A stretch of 64,000 nt of DNA from an uncultured Candidatus Saccharibacteria bacterium (GCA_964407105.1 CAYOUG010000004.1:6936-70935); one strand, 5' to 3'. Shown: positions 18,123 to 27,503, numbered from the stretch's first letter. The notes: generated from the sequence alone by a model not told the origin. A program made the numbers and translations.

Positions 18123-19094
18123 TTATGATTTCTTTCGAATTTCAAACCGAGTAACAATAAATCGAATTACAAAGAGCAAGATTATAATGATCACACACGC
18201 AAGAACGAGAAGTTTTATTGGAATTACCCAAAAAGTAAATTCCATTGTGTCTACAATGTTGTCATAACCCCTATTTATAGAAGCTACGGCCGTGTATTTT
18301 CCGAGAAGAAAACCACTATTCCATTGCACCTCTCGAAGTCTCAGCGAGTCAGGCATCGCAAACCAAGGAGCCACTTCTACATTTCCAATTTCCTTTCCAA
18401 GAATATTTTTTATACTGATTTCTCCATAAGGATTTTCGTGCACACTTCCTTTGTTTTCATAAAGAAGTTCAAACTGCACTGGACCAGCACCATAAATTTT
18501 CTTTGTATTTTTTGTTTGGAATTGTGTAAGTTTTCCTTCTTGTTTTACCTCACCCGGTACTCGAATAAAAAACAATGTTCCTATGCGAGTAACTATTGCA
18601 CTTGATGGACCTTTGGCGCCCGTTGGTTTTGAAGCGGTACTTACAAGAACACTTCCATACAAACCACCCGGCTGTGCATCTGCTGGAACAAACACAGTCA
18701 CAGGAATAATTGCTCTCTGTGCGTGCATGAGTTCAAAACTTTTTTCTGGAAAAGAAATATAATCTTTTAGAGAATATGGACCGTGATCTTCACCAAGAAG
18801 AACAACTGTATCTGAGGTATTTTTAGAACCACTAAAATCTTCGGTATCAAGATAAAAGATACGAGTATCTCCCATTCTGTTACTTACTGAAATATTTACT
18901 GTTTTACTTTCTCCGGGTTTTATTTCAAGTTCCTGTTTTCCAGGACCAACCACGAAGTCACTTCGCACAATATCGTCAGGAAGCGCTTCTATCGTGTAAG
19001 AAAAAACTTTAGAAAAAGGAAAAAGAGACACTAAACAAAAAAACATAATGACACCAACCTTCCAGGATATGTAATTTTTTTCTGTAGACGTCAT
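18123..19094 (-). CDS. DUF916/DUF3324 (WxL-interacting)-like membrane-anchored protein, putative chaperone
   Basis: Signal peptide; PGKQELEIKPGESKTVNISVSN, VPADAQPGGLYGSVLV, ENKGSVHENPYGEISI and GKYTA motifs; C-terminal TM. Confidence 0.75.
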   Translation of the reverse strand: MTSTEKNYISWKVGVIMFFCLVSLFPFSKVFSYTIEALPDDIVRSDFVVGPGKQELEIKPGESKTVNISVSNRMGDTRIFYLDTEDFSGSKNTSDTVVLLGEDHGPYSLKDYISFPEKSFELMHAQRAIIPVTVFVPADAQPGGLYGSVLVSTASKPTGAKGPSSAIVTRIGTLFFIRVPGEVKQEGKLTQFQTKNTKKIYGAGPVQFELLYENKGSVHENPYGEISIKNILGKEIGNVEVAPWFAMPDSLRLREVQWNSGFLLGKYTAVASINRGYDNIVDTMEFTFWVIPIKLLVLACVIIIILLFVIRFIVTRFEIRKKS

Positions 19095-19103
19095 ACGGTT
19101 AAT

Positions 19104-19787
19104 TTAGTTTGTAACTGCTGTGAGGGTGGCTGTAGCTGTGTATGTGTCTTGAGCAAGACCTGAATTTGAACCAACAGAAACTCTAAAATAAACACTTGAT
19201 GTCGAACCAGATGCTGTTGTTTCGCTAGAAGATACTATGGTTGATGTTGCCGAAGTAGAAAGACCCATCCAACATGATCCAGATCCACCAGTATCGGCCG
19301 ATCCCGTATTGCATGTATTTGAACCATTATCTTTAAACTTTGTTGCAAGTTCTGCTGTAGTACTTGCAGAAACACTAAAACCAAATTTATGTGTACCCGC
19401 ACCCGCTGCTGAATAAGCATAATCAGGAACACCAGTAACCGCAGGAGAATAATCTGATATTGATCCACCTTGAGAATCTGCTTGCATTGCGGGCGAACTA
19501 CTTGCTTTTATTGTCATGGTATAACCAGCAGCATTGTTGGTTGTAACAATTGCTGTTGTTGTACCGTATGACGTACCTCCAGTAACACCGGCAATAGAAC
19601 CGTTCATTGTGACGTTGTTTGCTCCGGTTAAGAAAGCAATTTCTGAGGTGATTGATTGAGTAACTGTAAATTGATCTTCAACCGCTCGACTTAGTGTGGG
19701 TTCAATAACCACAAAAGCCAACGCAAGTGTAAGAGTCAAAAAGAAACTCGCTGCAATCGCCTGTCTTACATTTATTTTTTTAATCAT
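19104..19787 (-). CDS. Secreted pilin/WxL-like protein (putative major subunit)
   Basis: Signal peptide ending SRA; beta-rich and Thr/Ser/Gly-rich; Cys pair; ends QDTYTATATLTAVTN; ATG 19787 preferred over TTG 19808. Confidence 0.72.
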   Translation of the reverse strand: MIKKINVRQAIAASFFLTLTLALAFVVIEPTLSRAVEDQFTVTQSITSEIAFLTGANNVTMNGSIAGVTGGTSYGTTTAIVTTNNAAGYTMTIKASSSPAMQADSQGGSISDYSPAVTGVPDYAYSAAGAGTHKFGFSVSASTTAELATKFKDNGSNTCNTGSADTGGSGSCWMGLSTSATSTIVSSSETTASGSTSSVYFRVSVGSNSGLAQDTYTATATLTAVTN

Positions 19788-19823
19788 AATTTTTAATTTA
19801 ACTTTCAAACTTTAATAATATTT

Positions 19824-19890
19824 CGACCTTTACAGACTTACGTCTGTTCTCGAGGCTCGCTTACTACAAGCGCCGAGAACAGACGTAAGT
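19824..19890 (-). promoter_or_regulatory. Long leader hairpin followed by AAAGGTCG motif
   Basis: 17-bp perfect stem 19836-19852/19874-19890 with an inner CGCTT/AAGCG stem; no U-tract; AAAGGTCG at 19824-19831. Confidence 0.7.
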
Positions 19891-19899
19891 ATTTATTTT

Positions 19900-20799
19900 T
19901 TAATCATCAACCGGTACAAGAACATATAAATATTCTTGATCATTTGTATTTTTAAATATTGGTTTTATCACACCAGAAGAACCTGTTTCGTCTGGTACGA
20001 CCTGTGTTTGATCAGAAAATGAATTCTTAATTCTCTGTTTTACTTTTTCATTTTTAAATTCATCTCCTGTACCTGGCACCACAATCATTCCCGTCTTTGA
20101 ATCTTGCGATACAGAATTTCGATGGTTTATATCATCACGCACAACCACTGTTTTATTTATATTCATACGCAACAAAGATGAAATAAATCTGTATGAATTT
20201 AAAGCGATTGAATCAAATTTGTTACGCAACGAATGCGTAAGATCACGAACACTAATCTGGATATTATTTACATTTGAAACACTTGCGGAATCTCGCACAA
20301 GTGCAAGTGTTTTAGATGTTTTAGAAACAAAAGAAGTTATAAATATTTTTTCTGAAGAAATAAAATGTTCTGAAACAACAGCAATATTTGTTTGATATTG
20401 TTTGTTGTTTGAACCATAAGCAAAAAAAGCTATTGCAGAAATTACAATAAACAAAAGGGCATAAAACATTCCTGAATGTGAAAGAAAAGAAAATACTTCA
20501 GAGGGAGCAAATTCTTTTTTGTTCGTTTTTAGGTTTTCTGACGCTTTAAAAACCGAAGCATTTTGTGACACAACACTGACTGGAGGAAATACGATTGTTC
20601 CACGAATTTTTTCAGATGCATCTTTTTGGTGTTCGATGATCGAATCTTCGCTCACAAACCAACCCCTTCCCACCTGTCGGCACTCAAGTTTGCCAGATCG
20701 ACAAAGTTGACCGATATAATCCGAATTATAGCCAGATATTTCTGAACCTCGTTTTGCCGAGATATATTTTTTTCCGTTGAAATAGAGCTCGCTATTCAT
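19900..20799 (-). CDS. N-terminal HTH (excisionase/HTH_17-like) + single TM + extracytoplasmic domain
   Basis: YISAKRGSEISGYNSDYIGQLCRSGKLECRQVGRGWFV; TM FYALLFIVISAIAFFAY. Confidence 0.75.
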   Translation of the reverse strand: MNSELYFNGKKYISAKRGSEISGYNSDYIGQLCRSGKLECRQVGRGWFVSEDSIIEHQKDASEKIRGTIVFPPVSVVSQNASVFKASENLKTNKKEFAPSEVFSFLSHSGMFYALLFIVISAIAFFAYGSNNKQYQTNIAVVSEHFISSEKIFITSFVSKTSKTLALVRDSASVSNVNNIQISVRDLTHSLRNKFDSIALNSYRFISSLLRMNINKTVVVRDDINHRNSVSQDSKTGMIVVPGTGDEFKNEKVKQRIKNSFSDQTQVVPDETGSSGVIKPIFKNTNDQEYLYVLVPVDD

Positions 20800-20844
20800 T
20801 GGTAATATTATAGCTTTTTGAGTCGCATAAAAGAACGATTTTTT

Positions 20845-20853
20845 TGTGGATAA
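20845..20853 (-). promoter_or_regulatory. Consensus DnaA box
   Basis: TGTGGATAA (TTATCCACA on the minus strand), intergenic. Confidence 0.5.
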
Positions 20854-21059
20854 CTAAGGTTTTTTTAAGATTATTTTTTTATTCAAAAAAGATCAAAAAT
20901 ATTTATAAAAATATGTAGATATAACAACAAATGATCTATTTTTTATTACCAAAAAATTCTATAAACAAAATTTGGTTGGTAAATAAACAAAAAAATTACG
21001 TTAGAATAAATTAATACAAAAAAAGTCACTTTATAAAAATATAAGTTATCAACATATAC

Positions 21060-21117
21060 AAACCTTGATAAATAGAAGTAATAAACTTATAATTATTACT
21101 AATGTTTATAAAGGTTT
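21060..21117 (+). promoter_or_regulatory. Sigma70 promoter TTGATA-N17-TATAAT embedded in a 58-bp imperfect palindrome (putative operator)
   Basis: -35 at 21065-21070, -10 at 21088-21093; arms AAACCTTGATAAA/TTTATAAAGGTTT and AGTAATAA/TTATTACT. Confidence 0.7.
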
Positions 21118-21133
21118 AGTAATGTTATGCACA

Positions 21134-21376
21134 ATGAATAATTCATTCTTAACAATCAAACAAGTATCTAAAATTCTAGGTGTAACACCACTTACACTTA
21201 GAAATTGGGACAACTCTGGTAAGTTTGAAGCTACCCGACACCCCATAAATAACTACAGAGTATACAAGCGTGAAGACGTGGAAGCATTCATTCATAAAAT
21301 GGGCACAAAAAACTCCACAACACGACAAAAGAGAAATCAAGTTAAAAAGCTCAATATACTGCATTTGGATGATTAA
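21134..21376 (+). CDS. MerR-type HTH DNA-binding protein (HTH only)
   Basis: LTIKQVSKILGVTPLTLRNWDNSGK...RHPINNYRVY; ATG 21134 preferred because the track start TTG is the -35 box. Confidence 0.85.
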   Translation: MNNSFLTIKQVSKILGVTPLTLRNWDNSGKFEATRHPINNYRVYKREDVEAFIHKMGTKNSTTRQKRNQVKKLNILHLDD

Positions 21377-21409
21377 AAATTTATAACTATTTGTAATCTG
21401 AAGAAACAA

Positions 21410-21464
21410 AATTAACCATTAAAAAATCACTTCAGAAAACGAAGTGATTTTTTAATGGTTAATT
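21410..21464. terminator. 24-bp perfect inverted repeat, likely bidirectional terminator
   Basis: AATTAACCATTAAAAAATCACTTC-agaaaac-GAAGTGATTTTTTAATGGTTAATT between convergent genes. Confidence 0.8.
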
Positions 21465-21473
21465 AATTTATTT

Positions 21474-22916
21474 TTATTTAAGTAAAGACACAAGAACTTC
21501 TTTTAACACTGATGGATTCGCTGAACCCTTTGTTGCTTTCATTCCCTGCCCCACCAAAAATTGCAACGCAGTTTCTTTTCCTTTTTTATAATCAGCGACA
21601 ACGTTTGGATTATCAATAATAATTTTTTCAATAATAATTTTTAATTCTTCCGTGTTACTTTGTTGTAATAAATTTCTAGACGAAGCAATCTCTTCCGGTT
21701 TACCCCCCTCCTCAAACATAATCTTCAAAATATCTTTTGCTCCACGAGATGAGATTTTTTGATCATTTACCATACTCATAAGGAGTGAAAAATTTTCTGG
21801 GCTTATGGTCGGCACAACACCAAACACATCTTCTATATTGGTGTTGGTTGATTTTATTAAACCAAGAAAATCTGAGGAAATATAATTTGAAGTAAGTTTT
21901 ATAAGTTTTATATCACCAACAAAAAAACGGATCACATCTTCAAAATATTTACTAATCAATGGTGTGCTCACATATACAAACGCGTCTTCCCTCTTCATAC
22001 CATACTCACTTATGTATCTCTCCCGCTTCTTCCACGGAAGCTCTGGCATATCACTCATCAACTCATCATAAGAAAATTCTTTTATTTTCGAGATATATAA
22101 TTTAGGAAGATCTGGATCTGGAAAATATCTATAGTCGTGAGATTCTTCTTTTAGACGCTGTGAGAAAGTTATTTCCTTTTTTTCGTCCCATCCGCGTGTT
22201 TCTTGCACAACCTTCTCTCCCGCTTCTAGTAATTCTATGTGTCGTTTCATTTCAAACGCAATAGCTTTTTCAACCGCCCTAAAAGAATTTAGATTTTTCA
22301 CTTCTACCTTGGTGCCCATTTTCCCACTTACTTTTGATACAGAAATATTTGCTTCTACACGCATTTCTCCTTTTTCCATATTTGCTTCTCCAGCACCAAG
22401 ATACTGAAGTAAGAGCTGTAGCTCACGTGCAAAATTTGAAGCATCTTCAGCACTGTGTATCACAGGTTCTGTTACAAGCTCCATAAGTGGCACACCAGCA
22501 CGATTAAAATCAACGAGACTATAATCCCCCACATTGTGAGATGATTTAGCTGTATCTTCTTCTAAATGTATTCGAGTTAAAGCTATTCCTGACACCGATC
22601 CTCCTTCTACAAGTGGATGTTTGTATTGACTAATCTGATAACCTTTTGGAATATCTGGATAAAAATAGTTTTTGCGATCAAACTCAGTAAAGTCTGCTAT
22701 CTTGCCTCCAACAGCAAGACCCATACGAAGAACATGTCGGACCGCCTCTTTGTTTATAACAGGTAGTGTACCGGGGTGTCCCATACATACTGGACATACA
22801 TTTACATTAGGACGTTTTTCTTCTGGATCATTTTTTGAATTACAAAACATCTTACTCTTTGTGTTGAGTTCGGCATGAATTTCAAGACCTACAGTGAGTT
22901 TGTATTCCGATTCCAT
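21474..22916 (-). CDS. gatB: Asp/Glu-tRNA amidotransferase subunit B
   Basis: VGLEIHAEL, FDRKNYFYPD, RIHLEEDTAK and DYRYFPDPDLP motifs. Confidence 0.98.
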   Translation of the reverse strand: MESEYKLTVGLEIHAELNTKSKMFCNSKNDPEEKRPNVNVCPVCMGHPGTLPVINKEAVRHVLRMGLAVGGKIADFTEFDRKNYFYPDIPKGYQISQYKHPLVEGGSVSGIALTRIHLEEDTAKSSHNVGDYSLVDFNRAGVPLMELVTEPVIHSAEDASNFARELQLLLQYLGAGEANMEKGEMRVEANISVSKVSGKMGTKVEVKNLNSFRAVEKAIAFEMKRHIELLEAGEKVVQETRGWDEKKEITFSQRLKEESHDYRYFPDPDLPKLYISKIKEFSYDELMSDMPELPWKKRERYISEYGMKREDAFVYVSTPLISKYFEDVIRFFVGDIKLIKLTSNYISSDFLGLIKSTNTNIEDVFGVVPTISPENFSLLMSMVNDQKISSRGAKDILKIMFEEGGKPEEIASSRNLLQQSNTEELKIIIEKIIIDNPNVVADYKKGKETALQFLVGQGMKATKGSANPSVLKEVLVSLLK

Positions 22917-22944
22917 AAAGAGATTATTAGTACTTGTTATAGTA

Positions 22945-23913
22945 TCATTTTGAAAGCACTTGTGTCAGTGAGTCTACAAGGTTTTTGATAGATACATCAT
23001 CAATTGTGGAAACCGTCAAAATATCTGGATTACATTTTAAAAGAGCTTTCTTTTTTTTCAAAACTTGATCTGGAGTAGATGTGTCTGTTTTAGTCAAAAG
23101 AATTAATTCTTTTTTCGCCACAAGCTCAGCGCTATAATCACCGAGTTCTTTTCGAATGGTTTTGTAAGCCCCAACAACATCTTCATTTTCTACTGAAATA
23201 CAATGTAAAAGTATTCGAGTACGTTTTATGTGACGCAAAAATTTATGTCCAAGACCGCGACCTTCTGATGCGCCCTCTATAAGTCCTGGGATATCTGCAA
23301 TTATAAATCCATACATGTCACCGAGATTTGGTTCGAGTGTAGTAAAAGCATAACTACCCACCGCTGCTTTTGCATTTGTAAGAGCGTTAAGTAAACTAGA
23401 TTTTCCTGCATTTGGAAGTCCAACAAGACCGAGATCAGCCACAAGCTCAAGTTCAATATAAAAATCTGCTTGCTCACCTTCTTTACCAGTAGTAGATTCA
23501 CGTGGTCGTACATTTGTAGACGCCTTAAAATGTTCATTACCCAAACCACCTCGTCCACCCTGAAGTATTAAAATTTTTTCTCCATCGTGTAATAAATTAA
23601 ATTTTTTGCCGGTAGAAAGATTTGTGAGTACGCTACCAATAGGAAGATCCATGATTAAATCTTCACCGTTTTTTCCATGCATACTATTTTTCATACCCGG
23701 ACCACCATTTTCTGCAAGAATCTCTTTTATGTGTTTATATTTTCTAAACAACGCAAGATCACGTACTGCGTGCACATACACGCTACCACCGCCACCACCA
23801 TTACCTCCAGCGGGGCCACCTTTGTCTTTACCTTTTTCTTGAAGCCAGCGTACAACACCGCTTCCACCATCACCAGCTTTTATATGAAGTTGTATTTCGT
23901 CAATGAATGCCAT
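22945..23913 (-). CDS. obgE: GTPase Obg/CgtA
   Basis: AGDGGSG..GGPAGGNGG Gly-rich domain, GLPNAGKSS, FTTLEPNLG, DIPGLIEGA. Confidence 0.96.
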   Translation of the reverse strand: MAFIDEIQLHIKAGDGGSGVVRWLQEKGKDKGGPAGGNGGGGGSVYVHAVRDLALFRKYKHIKEILAENGGPGMKNSMHGKNGEDLIMDLPIGSVLTNLSTGKKFNLLHDGEKILILQGGRGGLGNEHFKASTNVRPRESTTGKEGEQADFYIELELVADLGLVGLPNAGKSSLLNALTNAKAAVGSYAFTTLEPNLGDMYGFIIADIPGLIEGASEGRGLGHKFLRHIKRTRILLHCISVENEDVVGAYKTIRKELGDYSAELVAKKELILLTKTDTSTPDQVLKKKKALLKCNPDILTVSTIDDVSIKNLVDSLTQVLSK

Positions 23914-23940
23914 TACAGCCTTGATACTATATTATTTTAG

Positions 23941-24834
23941 CTAGTTTTCAAGGGCGAGATGTGCAAGAGCAAGTGCTCCCTCTTTAGAACGTGCAGCAGA
24001 AGTAAAACGTTTATTATGACAAAAAACCGCATCTGAAACCCCTGTAACCATTTGCAACTCAGCGTCTTTTTTTCCAGCCCACGCTTCAGGTAAATCTTTC
24101 CGACTTTTATACGAAAATCGATCTTGCTGAATCGTTTTAAGTCTCCACATATCTTTGGCACTATTTGGATACACCACAAAAAGTGGTTCTGAATATTTTA
24201 AAACAACGTTGTACCAATTATAATCATTATCAAGGATTATTAATCTTTTATCTTCAGCTAATTCATAAGCTTCTTGTACATATTTTTCACCCTCTTTCAC
24301 ATCACGTATTACAGCAATTTCTCTCAACAAAAGAGTTTGAGCAAAAGCAACCATCTGCATAAATGATTGATCGGCTGCCGCATCGTCTTCTTTCCATGTT
24401 GGATTAAAAGAACTTATAAAATTTTGAACAAGATATGGAAAAACATTATCTATACGGGGAGTATAAGTATCAACCCCATTATCACTAGCATCAAGTGGTG
24501 AAATAATTTTTTCATCTATATGCAATGCCACTTCTTCACTACCCGCAATTTGTTTTCCATACGCTTTCCAAACAAGACCACACGATGCATAAGGTACTCC
24601 GTTTTCTCTAATCCCCGCTCCCCCTATCTGATGATGATCAAATCTTTTTAATGTCTCATCGTACATTCCCCCAACATCTACCACATAATCACCAGTCTGT
24701 ATAACAGATTCATCACGTGTACGGATGATATTACTCTTCACACCTTTTCCGAGCATAAGTAAAAGTATGGCCACGGCAAAAACTTCATCTGTATGAAAAT
24801 CTGCATTGTGCGTAATAATATTTACAACTTTCAT
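23941..24834 (-). CDS. MYG1 family (UPF0160) exonuclease-like protein
   Basis: THNADFHTDE, VDVGG..FDHHQ and AVFCH motifs. Confidence 0.92.
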   Translation of the reverse strand: MKVVNIITHNADFHTDEVFAVAILLLMLGKGVKSNIIRTRDESVIQTGDYVVDVGGMYDETLKRFDHHQIGGAGIRENGVPYASCGLVWKAYGKQIAGSEEVALHIDEKIISPLDASDNGVDTYTPRIDNVFPYLVQNFISSFNPTWKEDDAAADQSFMQMVAFAQTLLLREIAVIRDVKEGEKYVQEAYELAEDKRLIILDNDYNWYNVVLKYSEPLFVVYPNSAKDMWRLKTIQQDRFSYKSRKDLPEAWAGKKDAELQMVTGVSDAVFCHNKRFTSAARSKEGALALAHLALEN

Positions 24835-24844
24835 TTTTATATTT

Positions 24845-25894
24845 TTATTGAACTGGTTTTATTATCACTGGATAAATATCGAGTAAAGCAAAAAGTAAAC
24901 TAAGCGCGACTGGACCAGCAACAAAACCAACTGGACCAAAAAGTGCGATACCACCAAGTACTGACAAAAGAATAATAAATGGATGAATTTTTACTCCACG
25001 TTCTATAAGAATCGGTCCTAGAAAATTATCTATTAGACCCACAGCACAGACACCCCAAATCAGAAGACCCACAACGCCAAACATATCATTTTTAAAAAAC
25101 AAAAAAGCAATTGCTGGAATAAACACCAAACTCGTACCTATTGATGGTATCAAAGAAGATACGGCAGCAAATGAAGCCCAAATAATCGGATTTGGAACAT
25201 CAAACAAATAAAAACCTACACCCGTTAAAATACCCTGAATAATTGATATCGCGAGCTGTCCCCGAATCACAGAATTTACCGCAAGTTTTATTTTACTAAT
25301 TATTTTTCCATCATACACATCAAATAATGGACTTAACGCTACAAGAGACGCAAGAAAACGTTTTCCGTCTCGAAAAAAATAAAATAAAGCAAGTATCATT
25401 AAGAAAAAACCAATGAGACCACGCAGTACACTTGAAAAAAATATTGCCAAATGGTTTGAAAGCCAACCAAGAAACTTTCCAGCATATTGATTTAAATTAA
25501 CATGATCCCTTAAATCAAAAGATAGTTTTGGGAAAAAACCATGAATAAAATCATCAGTTGTTTGTATTCCTCTGTTTGCTATTTCTATTAAACTACTGTT
25601 TCCAGATGATATTTTTATATATACATCACTTGATTCTTGAAATAAAAGTAAGCCAAAAATTACAAGAGGAGTAAATATAAAAATAAGAACCATAAACACC
25701 GAAAATAAAGCCGAAAGTGTGGTCCTTCCACTAAAAAACTTTAAAATACTTTTATGTAGTGGCTCAAAAATTATCGCAAAAATACCGGCCAAAAAAATGA
25801 TACTGAAATATGGTAAAAATATAAAAAAGTTGAGCGCGAGTGCGCCAGCAATAAAAGTAATAAAAAAGGTAAGTTGTATTTTGTGTATATTCAT
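24845..25894 (-). CDS. AI-2E family transporter
   Basis: IDNFLGPIL..IHPFIILLSVLGGIALFGPVGFVAGP; many TMs. Confidence 0.92.
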   Translation of the reverse strand: MNIHKIQLTFFITFIAGALALNFFIFLPYFSIIFLAGIFAIIFEPLHKSILKFFSGRTTLSALFSVFMVLIFIFTPLVIFGLLLFQESSDVYIKISSGNSSLIEIANRGIQTTDDFIHGFFPKLSFDLRDHVNLNQYAGKFLGWLSNHLAIFFSSVLRGLIGFFLMILALFYFFRDGKRFLASLVALSPLFDVYDGKIISKIKLAVNSVIRGQLAISIIQGILTGVGFYLFDVPNPIIWASFAAVSSLIPSIGTSLVFIPAIAFLFFKNDMFGVVGLLIWGVCAVGLIDNFLGPILIERGVKIHPFIILLSVLGGIALFGPVGFVAGPVALSLLFALLDIYPVIIKPVQ

Positions 25895-25900
25895 ATTTTT

Positions 25901-26440
25901 TTAAACAATACTAGAAAGACGATATGTTTTTCGTGCCGCCAAACACACTGCTACAATACACGCAAAAAGTGTTAAAGACATCATTGGAATAGTAATGTAA
26001 CCGAATTCAAGCACAAATATTTTTGAACATGCTCCACCAAATGAGGTGCATGGAGTAAAAGAATGCCCACCAAGCTGTGTAAAAGAATGATAAAGTGCGA
26101 CAGCTCCACCAAAAAGCGACAAAATATAAATATAAGGCAAAATATGTCTTTCTCTACGCCACAAAGCAAGACCCAACAAAGCTACCTGTGGATACAAAAA
26201 CAATCTTTGAACCCAACACAAAACACAAGGCTCAAAACCAATCGCTTCTGAATACACCAAACTTCCCACCAAGCCAGCTAAAGATAAAAAAAATGCAACA
26301 CTAATAGCTCTTTCCCCCACCCATCTCACGATCCTGTCATTTAGTGTCGCACGAACGGAAAGAGCAACGACAAACAAAACGAGTAGTATCTGTAAAAAAA
26401 GTGTGGACCAAACAAAAACTGAAGTTATTAATTCTGACAT
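25901..26440 (-). CDS. Disulfide bond formation protein DsbB/BdbC family
   Basis: GSLVYSE..FEPCVLCWVQR, second Cys pair, FGYITIPMMSL. Confidence 0.9.
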   Translation of the reverse strand: MSELITSVFVWSTLFLQILLVLFVVALSVRATLNDRIVRWVGERAISVAFFLSLAGLVGSLVYSEAIGFEPCVLCWVQRLFLYPQVALLGLALWRRERHILPYIYILSLFGGAVALYHSFTQLGGHSFTPCTSFGGACSKIFVLEFGYITIPMMSLTLFACIVAVCLAARKTYRLSSIV

Positions 26441-26452
26441 TTTTATAATAAA

Positions 26453-26830
26453 TTATTTTGGTAACTCACATTGAGTGATGCTCGACAATTCTGCAAGTGG
26501 CAATACACCCTCTTTTCTTGTACCGTCAGAAAATTCCCACGTTGGATATGTTTTTATGTTTTTATCCTTGCATACTTGTAATTGAGATTGACCATCTGGT
26601 GTAGAACATTCTGTGTAAGGAAGCGTTGACTGTGATTTACCAAACAAAGCTTTTTGCTCCCTACAATGTGGACACCAAAACGCACCGTAAAACACTGTCC
26701 CTTTATCCTTTAAACACTGAGCAAATTGATCAAATTCCCCTGATTTTCCTGGGGTTTTTATCAAAAAAATTGAAAAGCCTATAAGCAATAACACCACCAA
26801 AATCGTGATAATTGTTCCCTTATGTTTCAT
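26453..26830 (-). CDS. Membrane-anchored thioredoxin-like oxidase (VKOR-associated Trx type)
   Basis: FYGAFWCPHC..QKALFG..YTEC..C..IKTYPTW; alternative GTG start at 26848. Confidence 0.85.
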   Translation of the reverse strand: MKHKGTIITILVVLLLIGFSIFLIKTPGKSGEFDQFAQCLKDKGTVFYGAFWCPHCREQKALFGKSQSTLPYTECSTPDGQSQLQVCKDKNIKTYPTWEFSDGTRKEGVLPLAELSSITQCELPK

Positions 26831-26844
26831 ATGCGCCCAGTATA

Positions 26845-27483
26845 TCACATCGTTTTTCTTTTGTAGATTTTATATCCAATAAAAAATAAGACACAAATTA
26901 CAATGATTATAAAAATATCTTTCTCAATAGACGCAATGGTTTTAGCATATGTATAATAAAAAGCACCGACCTGCCAACCCACAAGCGCTAAAATAATAGC
27001 TCTAACAAAAGTACCGAGTATCGTAAATAAAATATATTTTTTCAAACCAAAACGAACAATTCCATACCAAGCAGAAATGGCAACGCTCGGAATTATTGGT
27101 ATAGCACGTAATGAAAAAAGTGCTAATTCATCTACTTTTCTTGTATCAAACTTTTTTTGAAGTTTTTCAATATCTGCCCAAGACAATCCCATCCATTTAC
27201 CCCATTTTTCTAACGCTGGTTTACCAAAATAATAAGCTATACCGTAAATAAATAAAGAACCGACTGTGATACCTATAGAAGCTGGTAATGCCACCACAAA
27301 AAAAAGTTTTAAAATAAGAGCAAGAGAAAAAGATCCTTTTAAAAATAAAAATCCGGAAAGTGTAATAACAAGGGCCGAAGGAATGGGAGCAATGACCTCT
27401 TCAATAACAGAAGCAAAAAAAACACCCCAACCACCAAGTGGTAAAAGCACATGCTCTATAAAATTAATTGCCAGATCAATCAT
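26845..27483 (-). CDS. DedA/VTT family membrane protein
   Basis: EEVIAPIPSALV, GSLFIYGIAYYFG, LRAIPIIP. Confidence 0.88.
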   Translation of the reverse strand: MIDLAINFIEHVLLPLGGWGVFFASVIEEVIAPIPSALVITLSGFLFLKGSFSLALILKLFFVVALPASIGITVGSLFIYGIAYYFGKPALEKWGKWMGLSWADIEKLQKKFDTRKVDELALFSLRAIPIIPSVAISAWYGIVRFGLKKYILFTILGTFVRAIILALVGWQVGAFYYTYAKTIASIEKDIFIIIVICVLFFIGYKIYKRKTM

Positions 27484-27503
27484 AGATAAATAAGATCATA
27501 AGT

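Noticed and set aside
20800-21130. oriC (AT-rich region with DnaA boxes)
   Set aside because: Only one perfect and one near box; no dnaA/dnaN adjacent; coding-strand bias does not switch.
21134-21376. IS607 transposase remnant
   Set aside because: Only the HTH is present, with an intact promoter, stop and terminator; no serine recombinase domain or tnpB.
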